64,000 nt of DNA, from the NCBI RefSeq assembly GCF_947568905.1, contig NC_079171.1:43152001-43216000 (forward strand), read 5' to 3'. The notes under the pieces were generated by a model. That model ran no database searches and was not told the origin of the DNA. It saw nothing but the letters and a program-made list of their open reading frames with translations. Numbering within the stretch: position 1 is the stretch's first letter; every line of letters starts with the position of its first letter. Source of the DNA: Ostrea edulis. Its lineage: Eukaryota. Shown here one piece after another: positions 34,901 to 47,641 of this stretch. The position numbers were made by a program, and so were the translations under genes.

Positions 34901-37900
34901 GTGACGTCATGTAATGTGCCAGTGCGGTAAAGTACATTTTTACAGCACCGGTATTTATGGGGAAAGCCTGAACTCAGCCGCGCAAAAAGCTCAAGGTGAA
35001 CGGTCAATATGGGATGCTTTCTCCTCCTAACACTGCTTGAAAAACTGCCTTTACAAAGGGAGGAAAGATATTGTAAATACTTGATTTACAATAGCTTTAA
35101 GTGTATTTAATCACATTTACTTAAATAAGAAAAAGGTGGTAAATATGGTCTTTAATTACCTTTACTGGGAAGTAAATTTTTGTAATGGCCCAATTTACAA
35201 TACCTTTACGAAAAAATTAAAGACCATATTTGCTCAAGTAAATGCAACTTTACAAAAATTTAAAGGTTGTCTTTTTCAATGAATTTACAAGAACTTAAAT
35301 ATAATATTTACGAGAGTAAATTTATGTTTACAAAAAGTAAAAGGTCGTATTTACCAATGACTTTAATTTAAGTAATTTTTAATAAAGAGCATATTTAATC
35401 AAATTTAAAGGTGTGTAATTTTTACCATTAATATGGAAATCTGTATACTCCCCTTTTCAGATTTTATCAAATTGCAATAAATTTCTTTATACAAAAGTAT
35501 ATATTGTGAATGAGGAGTTCATATCTTAGTACAAGACATTTCTTGTAGAATCACGTTTTAAATGATCTGTTGAGATAACAAAAGCTGCATATTTAAATAT
35601 CAATAGTCAATTTATTAATTTATATTTTTCACAAATGTATGATTATATACCACAATAACGGTGGTTAATATACATGAACATCTATAACAATATAAAACAA
35701 ATTGTACACAATAAATCATTGATATTTCAAACATGCTGCAATGCATAACAAAATATTTTTGATATATTTTATGATAGAATGCATTATCTTGAATTTTGTT
35801 TTAAAAGAATTGAACTACAAAGGTCATTTTCTGAACCTAAAGATCATAATTGAAATTGTCTTCGAAAAATTTAATAGATTTGAATGACTGCTGCAGAGAA
35901 CTTTCATCCGCAAATAATCTGTATATCTGCAATATCATTAACACATATATATATAAAAACAACAATGGTCCCAATACAGATCCCTGTGGCACTTCAGATT
36001 CAAAGACTAAATATGTGTAGAAATGAAAAAGTGGTGTTACATAAAAGAAATTGCATATGCATCACATAGTCAAAAAATAAAAAAAATATTACATGTTAAG
36101 AACATATTTTTACATGCAATTCACATGTTTAAAGTCCATGCATGAATAATGTTCAATTTAGGAGGCTCTTCTTGTCTTAGATACCCCCTACTTCTTTGGA
36201 CAATAACCTCTTGCTACGTGGAGGACATGTCTCTAAATATTTTTTGTCCAGACTTCCTTTAACTTTCTGTAATTCCTCACTCTCCCAGGAATATGGATGG
36301 GACACAAAACCATCATCTCCCTCCTCATCACTGCTCATATATTTGTGAGTATTTGGTAGCTGGAAAAATGTTCTAACTTTATTTTTCTTCTCCTCGGACC
36401 ATCTCGTCTTCTTCTCTACCGCAACAAGTCTCCTCTTCAATTTCTGTCCAAAAAGATATGTTTTAAATTAAAGGAAAAACACAATTGCAGTTACCTTCCA
36501 TATTTACCCAAATCACTTGAATGAAACATTTGTTTTGAATATATTTTTAAATACATGGGCACACAATCAAGTACTCATATAGACACCCTTTCATCAACTT
36601 CCTTTTCTTTCCTCAAGTGACCTAAACCATTTCGATAATATTCATCCAGTGTCATCAAAATCAATAACAATGTTCTAAGATGAGCTTTAAGTAAAACTGT
36701 ATGATTACTGAGCTAAATTGAATTTCAAGTTTACCTCTTTCTTTCTTTCATATGTTGCTTGCCTCTTTTTATTTAACTCTTCTTTATTCTTATTGTGCCT
36801 ATTGTTGGCCTCCTTTTTGGATGTAAAATATCTTTTAATGGCAGCTAGAAAATAAAAGATGCTGAATAAAAGATCTTGCACAAAATAATGTAAATATGTT
36901 TCAAAATAACTAATTATAGCCTTAGTTCAACCTACGATTTCTTTGTAATTATACCCCCCGCAACAAGTTGTGGGGGGTATACTGGAATCGGGTTGTCCGT
37001 CTGTCTGTCCGTCCGTCTGTAGACGCAATGGTTTCCGGGCTCTAAAGCATTATCCTTTCCACCTACCGTCACCATATCATATATATGGACTACCCATGGG
37101 ATGAAGATGTTCCCTATCGATTTTGGGGTCAAAGGTCAAGCACACTGGACATCGAAGTAGCAATATGGTTTCCGGGCTCTAAAGCGTTGTCCTTTCCACC
37201 TAGAGTCACCATATCATACATATGGACTACCCATGGGATGAAGATGTTCCCTATCAATTTTGGGGTCAAAAGGTCAAAGGTCACGCGCACTGGACATTGA
37301 AGTAGCAATATGGTTTCCGGGCTCTAAAGCATTATCCTTTCCACCTACAGTCACCATATCATACATATGGACTACCCATGGGATGAAGATGTTCCCTATC
37401 GATTTTGGGGTCAAAAGGTCAAGGTCATGCGCTCTGGACATCGAAGTAGCAATATGGTTCGGTTTGTCATGCCATTTGTTTTTTACACTCAGAAAAGAGG
37501 TAGTTTATACCTATTACCAACACCCTTTGTGATATATTGGGGTAAGCGGGGGGGGGGGGGGGGGGTATTCTTAGTGAGCATTGCTCACAGTATCTCTTGT
37601 TAATTCTAAATTAGGACAAATAAATAAACTTATAATCAACGTTTGCTTTCTCATTGGTAATAACTGTTGAACCATAATGTAATGCTTTTCAGATAAAATA
37701 TAAATTGAAATCTGTTAGATTTAGCAAAATTTATAACAGCATTTTCATTAGTACCATCTATGACGTCAATTCTTTCATCTGACGCAATCCCTTGTACACT
37801 GTTCCTCATAAATATTGTCAGTGGTACATTTTCTTCATCCATGAATCTACAAAATAGCAAGATTGTTACTTGGTTACAAATTACTTTAAAGTAGTTAATG

Positions 37901-40900
37901 TACTCCTGGGAGTTGAACTTTTACCCCAAAAATGAATTAGTGTATAAAATTCAAAGTAACTCAGCTGGGTTATTTTTTAAATTTAATATTTTGAAATATT
38001 TTTACTAAATTTGCACAATTAATATTGGTTCAATGATTTATTTATTTATACATTTATGGACTGCGAATCTGGGTTATTGTTTGGAGAATATTGTCAGGAA
38101 CATCCATTATTTCAAAACAAAACAAAGATGTGAAGAGACCCACACGAATGTCCTAACCAATGCATTCATGTGCACAGTGTGTGATTGCCTTACAAGTAAT
38201 TTCATTAATTCATAATAACAAAAAAACTGACAAAGCATTTATAAATTCAACATTTGCAAGAAATATTGTCTCATTATATATGTATGCAAAAATACCTTTT
38301 ACTGTACCGTAGTTCCATTTCAAATCCGTCTGTTGACCATTTAAATAAGAGTCCTTCACTGCACTCTGAATGAAAGAGAAAACATTAATGATATATATAT
38401 ATATGGGAAACAGGGAGGCCATTTGAGTAATCTAATTCTGATGGGGAGAGATGCCTCATCCATGATGCACTCTTGTCCTTCAAATGTTTTCTTGGAGACA
38501 TTCGGACTGCTGTTGTACACTCAATACTTTTCTTTTTCTGACAAAGAACCGAAAGAGTATTCTAAATTCATATTCCTCTGGAATTGGTTATGTGTATGTT
38601 CCGTGAGGTGATTTTACACATTTTCAACAATTTCACACATGGAAGGACAGACACAATATTAAATTATATAGACTATAGTCAAAAAGGCATACAATTTATA
38701 ATATTTATTAAAGCATTGGAACTGCATTGAAAATTGACTCTTAACCTTTTGTGTTGGAGGATCATGTTGGGGTTCATCTTCATCTCCAGACTCACATCAA
38801 GAAAGCTGCAGGGTTTCATAGAGCCTGTCTTTGGCAGGTTTTCTAGGAGATTTCCTTAAACCTGTAGATTGCAATGATGTGGCTGTTCTCTTCTAAACGA
38901 GAAGAAAACAATAGTGTAAAACATAACCGATTCCTTACTCTGTACAAAAAGGAAATTACATGTGGAAATTAAACAAATGCAGAAAAATAGCCAAATTTCT
39001 GTCTAAAACTACTAAATGTTAATGCCTATAATAAACTACTTAAAGATAATGTCTTAGTACAATAACCTACACAATTTTTATATGGATAATATATCAAACT
39101 TCATAAATACATGCACGTCCAATCAGTCAGTCAGACACACTACTTGCAATATATATCAATTACAATTTTTTTTTATCCCTCTCCCCCCTCTAGATCCGCG
39201 CATGTATATGTATATTACATGCATGTACCTGTGCACAAATACAATGTTTAATCAAAGTGACTGATACAGTGTATAGGTGGGGGGTGTTGTTAAAGTAAAA
39301 GATAAAACAACTATAGGCCTAGATCTAAAATTACAAAAAAAAAAAAAAAAAAAAAAACAATCATAGGCCTATCTAAGAAAAGAAATCTAGGTAAACATGA
39401 TCAAACCTTTGTCTTGGGTGTTGCTGATAACACGGATTCTGGCTCTGATTCACCTCCTGATGAAAATTGAAAATGTAAACTTTCATCCTCAACCTCTAAA
39501 TCTGTCGCCTCTGAATCCAATCCATCGGCAAATGTTAAAAAGCCTTGGGTCCAAGTCCATTTTAAACTCTGTGTAAAACAAAGAAACTAGCCGCGCCTTG
39601 AGATGGAGTAATCCGATCTGTTGATCTTTGACGTCACGATTATACCCATAATGCACTCGGCGGCCATATTGTAGGGCAACAGATTGAAGCGTGGAAGCGT
39701 AAACAAGAGAGGGTTATTTAAGTTACAGCAAGGATATGGTTAATACTTGTGTTGTGTGGGGTTGTAACAACCGGTCAGTGAGTGGAGATGAAAACAGACG
39801 CTTTTATGACATTCCTAAAATTGTAAAACATCAAGGAAAGCAGACGGAAGAGTTGTCAGCTGAGAGGAGAACACTTTGACTGGCGCGGATCAACAGATCA
39901 GATTTCAACCCGAGAAACGTCATTTTAAAGTCTGTTCAGATCACTTCGTTTCAGGTAATAGTTTTAATTAGGTTATATATTTTGTTAATTTATAATAAAT
40001 CAAAAATTGTTTGTCATTTTAATATGTTGATGGTGCTAGTACCGTCTGAGCGAGCGCAGCTTCATGCATGCACATATTTTGTAATGGTCATGCTTTGATC
40101 AGGCAGGGATCGAAATTAACTTTTTTCACTACTAGCAAATTTTAGCCAGTGGATTATTTTCCAACTAGCAAAATTGAGCTTTTACTAGCATTTTTCAATC
40201 GATTGCTGTTTTACAGGAATTTAAGAAAACAATCATGTATCTATATCAAAATATAGGGAAAATCTTTTAAAATCTTCTGTAAAGTGCAATAATAAAAATA
40301 ATATTGAGAATTCTTTCATTTAAAATTTAATGAATATCAGACAACAAACAAGTATCATCGGTGCATGGTGAGGGTCATAGGGTACACTTGTGCAGCGAAC
40401 TCGCTGTCCAGAGATCTACCACCTATTTACAACATCATGTGGTTTGAAATCTTGAAGATTGTTTGCGCCAATTCACACTATATGTTCAAAACTTTTAGAA
40501 ATTTCATCTAAAAAATTCTAGTTGAAAAAAAACCCTCGAACTCTAAGTGTTTGACTATAGACTACAGAAGGACACCGCGTGAAGCGGTGACACTAACACT
40601 TTCATGTGTTGTTTCATGTAAACACGGACAAGATCAACATGCTTGCTACTTAAATCAGACGTCTCTGAGACGCCCGAAGTATGCATGAAGTAGGCCATTT
40701 TCGACATCACTGACTGAGATAACCTTGGTCTTAGCTATTTATTCGATCCACGTTTACTTTTCAATACTTGTATATTCATTCTGTAAAGCGTTTCTACGCA
40801 CAAGACAAAATTATTGTAAACTTCAAAGTACAGCCAATAAACCGAGGAAATCCGAAAAAAAAAGATCCGGGTTTTTTCACTCGCAAAAAGTTGCAATCGA

Positions 40901-43900
40901 TTGTGATTTTTCACTCGCAATTTCAATTTTTAACTCGCATTTAGCGAGTATTTCCCCTTAATTTCGTTGCCTGTCAGGTTCAATTTAAAGGCCGGGAGTA
41001 ACCTATTATATTCTTAATGAAATCTATGTATCATTTAAGTAGATTGATATAGCATTATATTGTAATTCATGTTTCAGGAACAAAGGCTGAACTCTATGAC
41101 AAGACTATTTAAAACCTGACTTGGCACCCTCTCTTAAGTTAGGACCTGTGGAACAAGATCCATCGATGACTTTATCAACAAAGAAGAAGTACGAGAGAGC
41201 CCAAAGCCGTGATGCACGAAAATTGGAAAAGACACTGTCAAAACAGGCACTAGATTTCCAGGATGTTGAAAGACTTGAGGATTGTGATGTGAACTGTGAA
41301 CTGTGCAAGTTTAGTTACATTGGACCACTGGAAGCACTGGCACCTAGAGAGGAAGACAAAAGCAATAAGGAAGACCCAGACCTACTCCACAAGATGCGTT
41401 GTGAAGTGCAGAGGCAGTAAAACTGCAAAGAGTGACGAAGCAACCGATCCTCCATGATAATTGCACATTGGTATCGTGATAATGGACAGATATCTTCATT
41501 TGAGAACATGAACCTCAAACCCAGGCCTGGTCAAGTTGAAAAAATAGTATTGCATAATATTCTCATTGAAGGAAAATCACATGTCCATTACCTTGCCAGG
41601 GTGAACTGGTTATGCAAAGTAAACGAAACAGTTTGAAATTATTGTGGTAAACCAGTTGAAGTTTGGAAGGCCAATATGTATGGATGAGAAGGACCTGCTA
41701 GTTTTATTCCCATTCAAAGAATAAAATCCAAATTTGTATATGCTTTTGAGAACTTTCAAGGAATTAACACAATCGTTGTTATACCACGTGAAAGATTCTT
41801 GTGACTTTGATATGCATGATATGAAGCCGGACACATATGTTGATCTGGATATATACAGACACAATTTGACTACCCAAGTCTGCTCATTACAAAAACTTGT
41901 GAAGTCGGGCACATGCAGCTGATGTGTGAAGTCGGACACATAGGTCTACATATACATGTATGTACATCCACTATTTGATTACATCAGTCTGCACATTACA
42001 AAAACTGGTGAAGTCAGGCACATGCAGCTGATGTGTGAAGCCGGACACATAGTTCAGACATCAGTTCTACATATACATGTATGTACATCAACTATTTGAT
42101 TACATCAGTCTGCACATTACAAAAACTTGTGAAGTCGGGCACATGCAGCTGATGTGTGAAGCCGGACACATAGGTCTACATATACATGTATGTACATCCA
42201 CTATTTGATTACATCAGTCTGCACATTACAAAAACTTGTGAAGTCGGGCACATGCAGCTGATGTGTGAAGCCGGACACACAGGTCTACATATACATGTAT
42301 GTACATCAACTATTTGATTACATCAGTCTGCACATTACAAAAACTGGTGAAGTCGGGCACATGCAACTGATGTGTGAAGCCGGACACATAGGTCTACATA
42401 TACATGCATGTACATCCACTATTTGATTACATCAGTCTTCACATTATAAAAAATTGTGAAGTCGGGCACATGCAGCTGATGTGTGAAGCCGGACACATAG
42501 GTCAACATATACATGTATGTACATCAACTATTTGATTACATCAGTCTGCACATTACAAAAACTGGTGAAGTCGGGCACATGCTGCTGATGTGTGAAGCCG
42601 GACACATAGGTCTACATATATATGTATGTATGTAAACCACTATGTGATGGCATAAGTCTGCATATTACTTGTGAAACTGGACACATAGGTCTACATATAT
42701 ACATACATACACTCTATGATCATTTTAGTCTGCACATTACAGAAAAATGTTTGCATAGCAAATAATATTATTCAGGAAGGGTAATGATATTCTTGGAATG
42801 TATACGTTTTCAATCTAACTTGAAGTGTTTATTTTCCTGATCTTATAAGTATTTTTGTAGTTAATTATTTATTGACTGTAAAGTGTTACATTAAGATGGT
42901 ATTTATTATGTACAGGAAGCAGTTTTTTTATTTATTTTGTAATTAAAAAGTATATTAATTTGAAGAAAAGTGTTGTACATCATGAAATGAATTTGAAAGT
43001 GCAAGGAACAAACAATTTATTCATTATATTTCAATTTACAATTGCAAATGGTTTTGCTGTGATAACCAAGGAAAACAATCTTTGGATATACCCTCAGTAT
43101 GGAAATTAGATCTTCCGATTAAAATATGAGGCCAAAACTGAATGGAGACAATATAATCAAAAACTATGTAAATAAGGAATGTGCTCCATAGGTGATATCC
43201 AACCTCGGAAGACAATATAATAATTTACACAAGTTCTAGAACAAAGCCCTTTAAGCGAAGAAAAGATTTGCAAGCTCCTATGTTGTGTTTATCTCGCCTC
43301 ACTTCAAAATGTGTTTTTGTGGGACATGGGAGAAAATCTGTTCATTGTTTTCTGATCTGATGTGTTCAAGTTAAATATATACAATATATATCTACATATA
43401 ACATTTAAGATATCCAATCCATATACATTTTTGCTTGTACAAAAAGTCAATATCTGAAGCACTATGCCTTTTGTTAAAACTAATTTTTAATGTGCTAGCA
43501 ATGGCAGATTAAGAGCCCCCCCCCTCCTTTTTGCTACATTTTTTTTAATTTGTTAGAAGTAAAGGAACTTAAAGGATATATTTAATGCGAAGTAAATCGT
43601 AAAAGGTCATCTTTAGCCAAATGTTGAAAGTAAAGGAGTTTAAAGGTGATCTTTATAGGTTTAATTTCGCGTAAACTTACTTAAATATAACCATTGCTTC
43701 TTTAATTAAAGTAAAGTTGACGCAAAGGTAACCTTGATTTTTGGTTAACCTTTAGGAGAATTTACTTCCGAAGTAAAGTTTTGTAAAGTTATTTTTTCAT
43801 GCAGTGTAAGTACTTGATCCCACTTCTGGTATACCTAGGGGTCTGCTATTGCCCTACCTATAATTTTGTACTATTTCAGGAATTATTATTCTCGAGATAT

Positions 43901-46900
43901 TATATAAACAATAATATAATGTTACTATGTTCAGTTTGATCCTTGGTTGTTGGTCCTGTGAATTTAAAATCAATGGAGTCAATGTACCATTTTGTCTGTC
44001 AAGCAAAGGGTTCTTAAGATATTTAACAAGCAATATCTTATTATAGGAAGTTTAACCCTTGATCTTTGACTTTGTGATATCAAAATCAATTAGTTACAGG
44101 TACCCCTTATGTAGATCCGGATTACTACGTTTGATATATGTGGAGCAAAGTATTCTCAAAATATTGAGCAAATAACATCTTACCATGTCCAGTTTAACCC
44201 TTGATTTTTGTACGCGTTATCTCAAATTCATTAGGAGATATTATCATTTCATGAAAATCCGTGTACATTGTACTGTGTTTCATGTCTGCAAAGCAAACTG
44301 TTTTCAAGATTCTGATCGGACAATATTTAAGTATGACTAGAGTACATTGACGGTTGTAAATTATCAATTAATCACTCAGTCTATCAATTAATTACTGGCT
44401 ACATGTGCATACACAATATGAATTTAGATTGTTCACAAAATGGACGGATGCTGAAGAAGGCGATAACTTATCAAACACACCATCAATCAACATTTTTACC
44501 AATTCGACGACTGATATTGTCAAATTTAGTGAGGATGTAAGGGACAACAATCTTACATATCCAACAGACAGCAACATTTCACCTCCAACAGACAGCAGCA
44601 TTACAACTCCAGCAAACAGCAACATTACATATCCAGCAGAAAGCAACACTTCAACTCCAACAGACGGCAACATTACCACTCCAGCAAACAGCAACATTAC
44701 ATATCCAGCAGACAGCAACATTTCAACTCCAGCAGACGGCAACAGTACTACACCTTTGTTGTTTTTTACTGAAAACATTTTAGAAAACACGTCCGCGTCA
44801 ACAGGTAATTCTAGAAAACAAATTTGAATTAGGAATCTCCCATATAAGAGTTATTGAAGTTCAGTTAAAGTGAATTATAGCATCAAACATTTCTTGCTAT
44901 TCTAAATGTGTAATGTCACTTAAAAGTACATATGCAATGCGAATATTATTATGAAAGGTGAAGATAACGAACAATGATCAATCTCATAACTCCTATAAGC
45001 AATACAAATTAGATAGTTGGGTAAACACGGACCCCTGGACACACCAGAGGTGGGATCAGGTGCCTAGGAGGAGTAAGCATCCCCTGTCGACCGGTCACAC
45101 CCACCATGGGCCATATATCTAGAACATTACTTATCAGAGGAGCATCTAGTAAGTTCAGCTCTTAGGAAGAAATTTAATCTCAACTAAATGTCTTTAACTA
45201 AAGACAAATAAATGTGCATAAATCACACTGGGATTGTTTGGAATGGAAACCCAAAATTAGAATTTAAAACAAAGATTTGGGTTCTTTCATAGCCTGAAAC
45301 CATCACCTCTGTATTGAAAGAAGTGATTGTATAGCGGAGAATATCATGAGGTATAGTGGACTTAGTTCAGTGATTATAAAGAGAGGAAATGGGGTTAGGG
45401 GTTTCAGTTTATATATCATACCATCTTTTGATGTATCACGAATTTGATTAGATAGGACCTTGTAATCGCCTACAGTAACATGACTACTTCATCCGCGGAT
45501 TCTGGTCTCCTCCGACATCATTTACTCCTCAGTGTCAATATCCGACTCGACGGAAAGCTCTTATATGAAATGAAAATAGATAAAGTGTCAACTTTTATAG
45601 ATTCTTAGAAAAATAGAAAGATTTCTATAATCTGAACCGGATGTGAAATCAACACATATTCAAGTGGTCAAGTTAGGTCTGTTCATTTCCCATCAAGGAG
45701 CAAGGACTTGCTTTATAATTCCTTTTCGTGAAAATAATAATTATCGTGGATAGGAGGTAATACAGAGTCAATTAATGTATATATAGAGAGAAGCATAGGA
45801 TAAAAATTGTCATTACAACTTAAAAAGGAAATCAGTTTTCAAATTTCATATAGAAGGAAGTATTAAAATTTCAACTCAAAATAAGTTATTATATGCATAC
45901 ATTTCACTATAAATACTATATTCTGGTACTGTATATTCATGAATCAATTTTTATGTCGTAGGGATAGAGAAAAGAGAAGACGACAAAGTTGGTCTCATTG
46001 CAGGAATCACCGTGCTTGTGGTTGTGCTTGTCCTCTTTCTTGTTCTGATGTCAATATACTATGCCAGAAGAAGAAACATCTTAAATTGTAAAAGGTGAGT
46101 ATATATCGACTGTGACAATTATATGAAGTTATATTTTGATACATACCCTGAAAAAGAAAAAAATACAACACTTGCCTTATCATACTTTGCATTAATACAA
46201 ATCGAACGTCCCAACTGGACGTCAGACCATAGTGCAGATTCCATAACGCTGTAATCATGAGTACCCTTTATTTCTTGATGTATTCACCTGTGCACTTCAT
46301 ACATTTCTCACATCCCCTTAACTATGAATGAATTATACAAGAATACACTTTACTTCTTTGAGTGAAAATATTTTCAAATATTACACACAGACACGATTTT
46401 TCATGGTAATGACATCATGGATACAGGGACACGCATTTGTATGAAATAATAGTGGTCTTCTACTTCTCGGAGCACTAGCAAACATCGGGAAACTGTACTT
46501 GTCACATGTACATCAACGTTTTGCTATATATCGATTATTCCGTTTACTTTACCATTATTTCGTCATCCATTTGCCCGTTTTCCACAGATTAACACATGCA
46601 TTTGGCATTGAAAACTGTACCGTTTGGATGCCTGACTTAAATACATCGGGTGTAGTAAGATAAATATATTGTCCTATTCTGTTGATATTTGTTTTATTCA
46701 TCAAACAACATATTAACTACAGAATATTACGGCAGATGCTTTTGTTATCTCTCAAATTGAATTTTAATCTGTTCTATGGAAAACATATCCATTTACTTAC
46801 TAAGGTTATATCATTTTCCATGAACGTGCATTCTCCTCTCATAGCTCTTACAAGGGATATAAATTAGAGAGTTGGGCAAACACGCCCCCTGGATATACCA

Positions 46901-47609
46901 GAGGTGGAATCAGGTGCCAAGGGGGAGTAAGTATCCCCTATCAACCGCTCACACCCGCCTTGAGCCCTATATCTTCATCAGGTAAACGGAGTAATACATA
47001 GGCCTCACTGCAGGTGCGATACATTGACATGGGATGCTTACTAATCCTAGGCACCTGATACCACATCTGTCGTGTCTATGGATCCATGTTTACGCAACTC
47101 TTTAATTTTCATTCCTTGTGAGATTTATGCGATTGGTCAATGTTCGTAATATTCGCCTTTCATGGATTCAGCTGTATTGTGATGCATATTTAATGGCTCG
47201 TAGGGGGTGGTGTAGCTTTAGTGGGTTTACTTCGTTATAAGAAGTTCATATTGTCTCAATATAATTAGTCATTTCTTATATGTAGGTTTTCTAGCTCGTA
47301 AATAGAATCAGGTCCGTGAAAAAGTTTATTTGTCATTTCCATCTATAAACGACATACAAAAACATTATGATGGTGCATCTAATTATGAAATGAGTAATGT
47401 TCATGCAAATCATTGTCGTTTTTGTTATGCCTCACACTAACTCTTTGAGAAGGAAAAATAAGTCTACGATTTATATTGCATATCATATATACAAATTTGT
47501 ATCTCGAATATGGTTTATCTCGAATACCCAGCTTGAGTCGAAGTCAACCGGCGGTCCCGACCGTTTTCCCTATATAAATGATTTAAGAAACTTCTGATAT
47601 TTCGAAGAC

Positions 47610-47641
<32 letters not shown>

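Larger units (their letters stand above)
35031..43806 (+). mobile_element. CACTA/EnSpm element (8.8 kb), defective, with nested insertions
   Basis: TAA|CACTGCTTGAAAAA...TTTTTCATGCAGTG|TAA, with AT-rich tttac/gtaaa subterminal repeats. Removing it restores the Penelope-family motif ctcctcctaa-gtacttgatcccac. Confidence 0.88.

Noticed and set aside
37085-37603. Repeated short ORFs (MDYPWDEDVPYRFWG...)
   Set aside because: They are translations of Helentron-associated satellite monomers.
41823-42740. CRISPR-like array
   Set aside because: The units are contiguous 109-bp repeats with no unique spacers and no cas genes, in a eukaryotic context.
44392-44790. Hydrophobic 132-aa antisense ORF (also 9381-9569)
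   Set aside because: It is the shadow of the repetitive stalk exon on the opposite strand.
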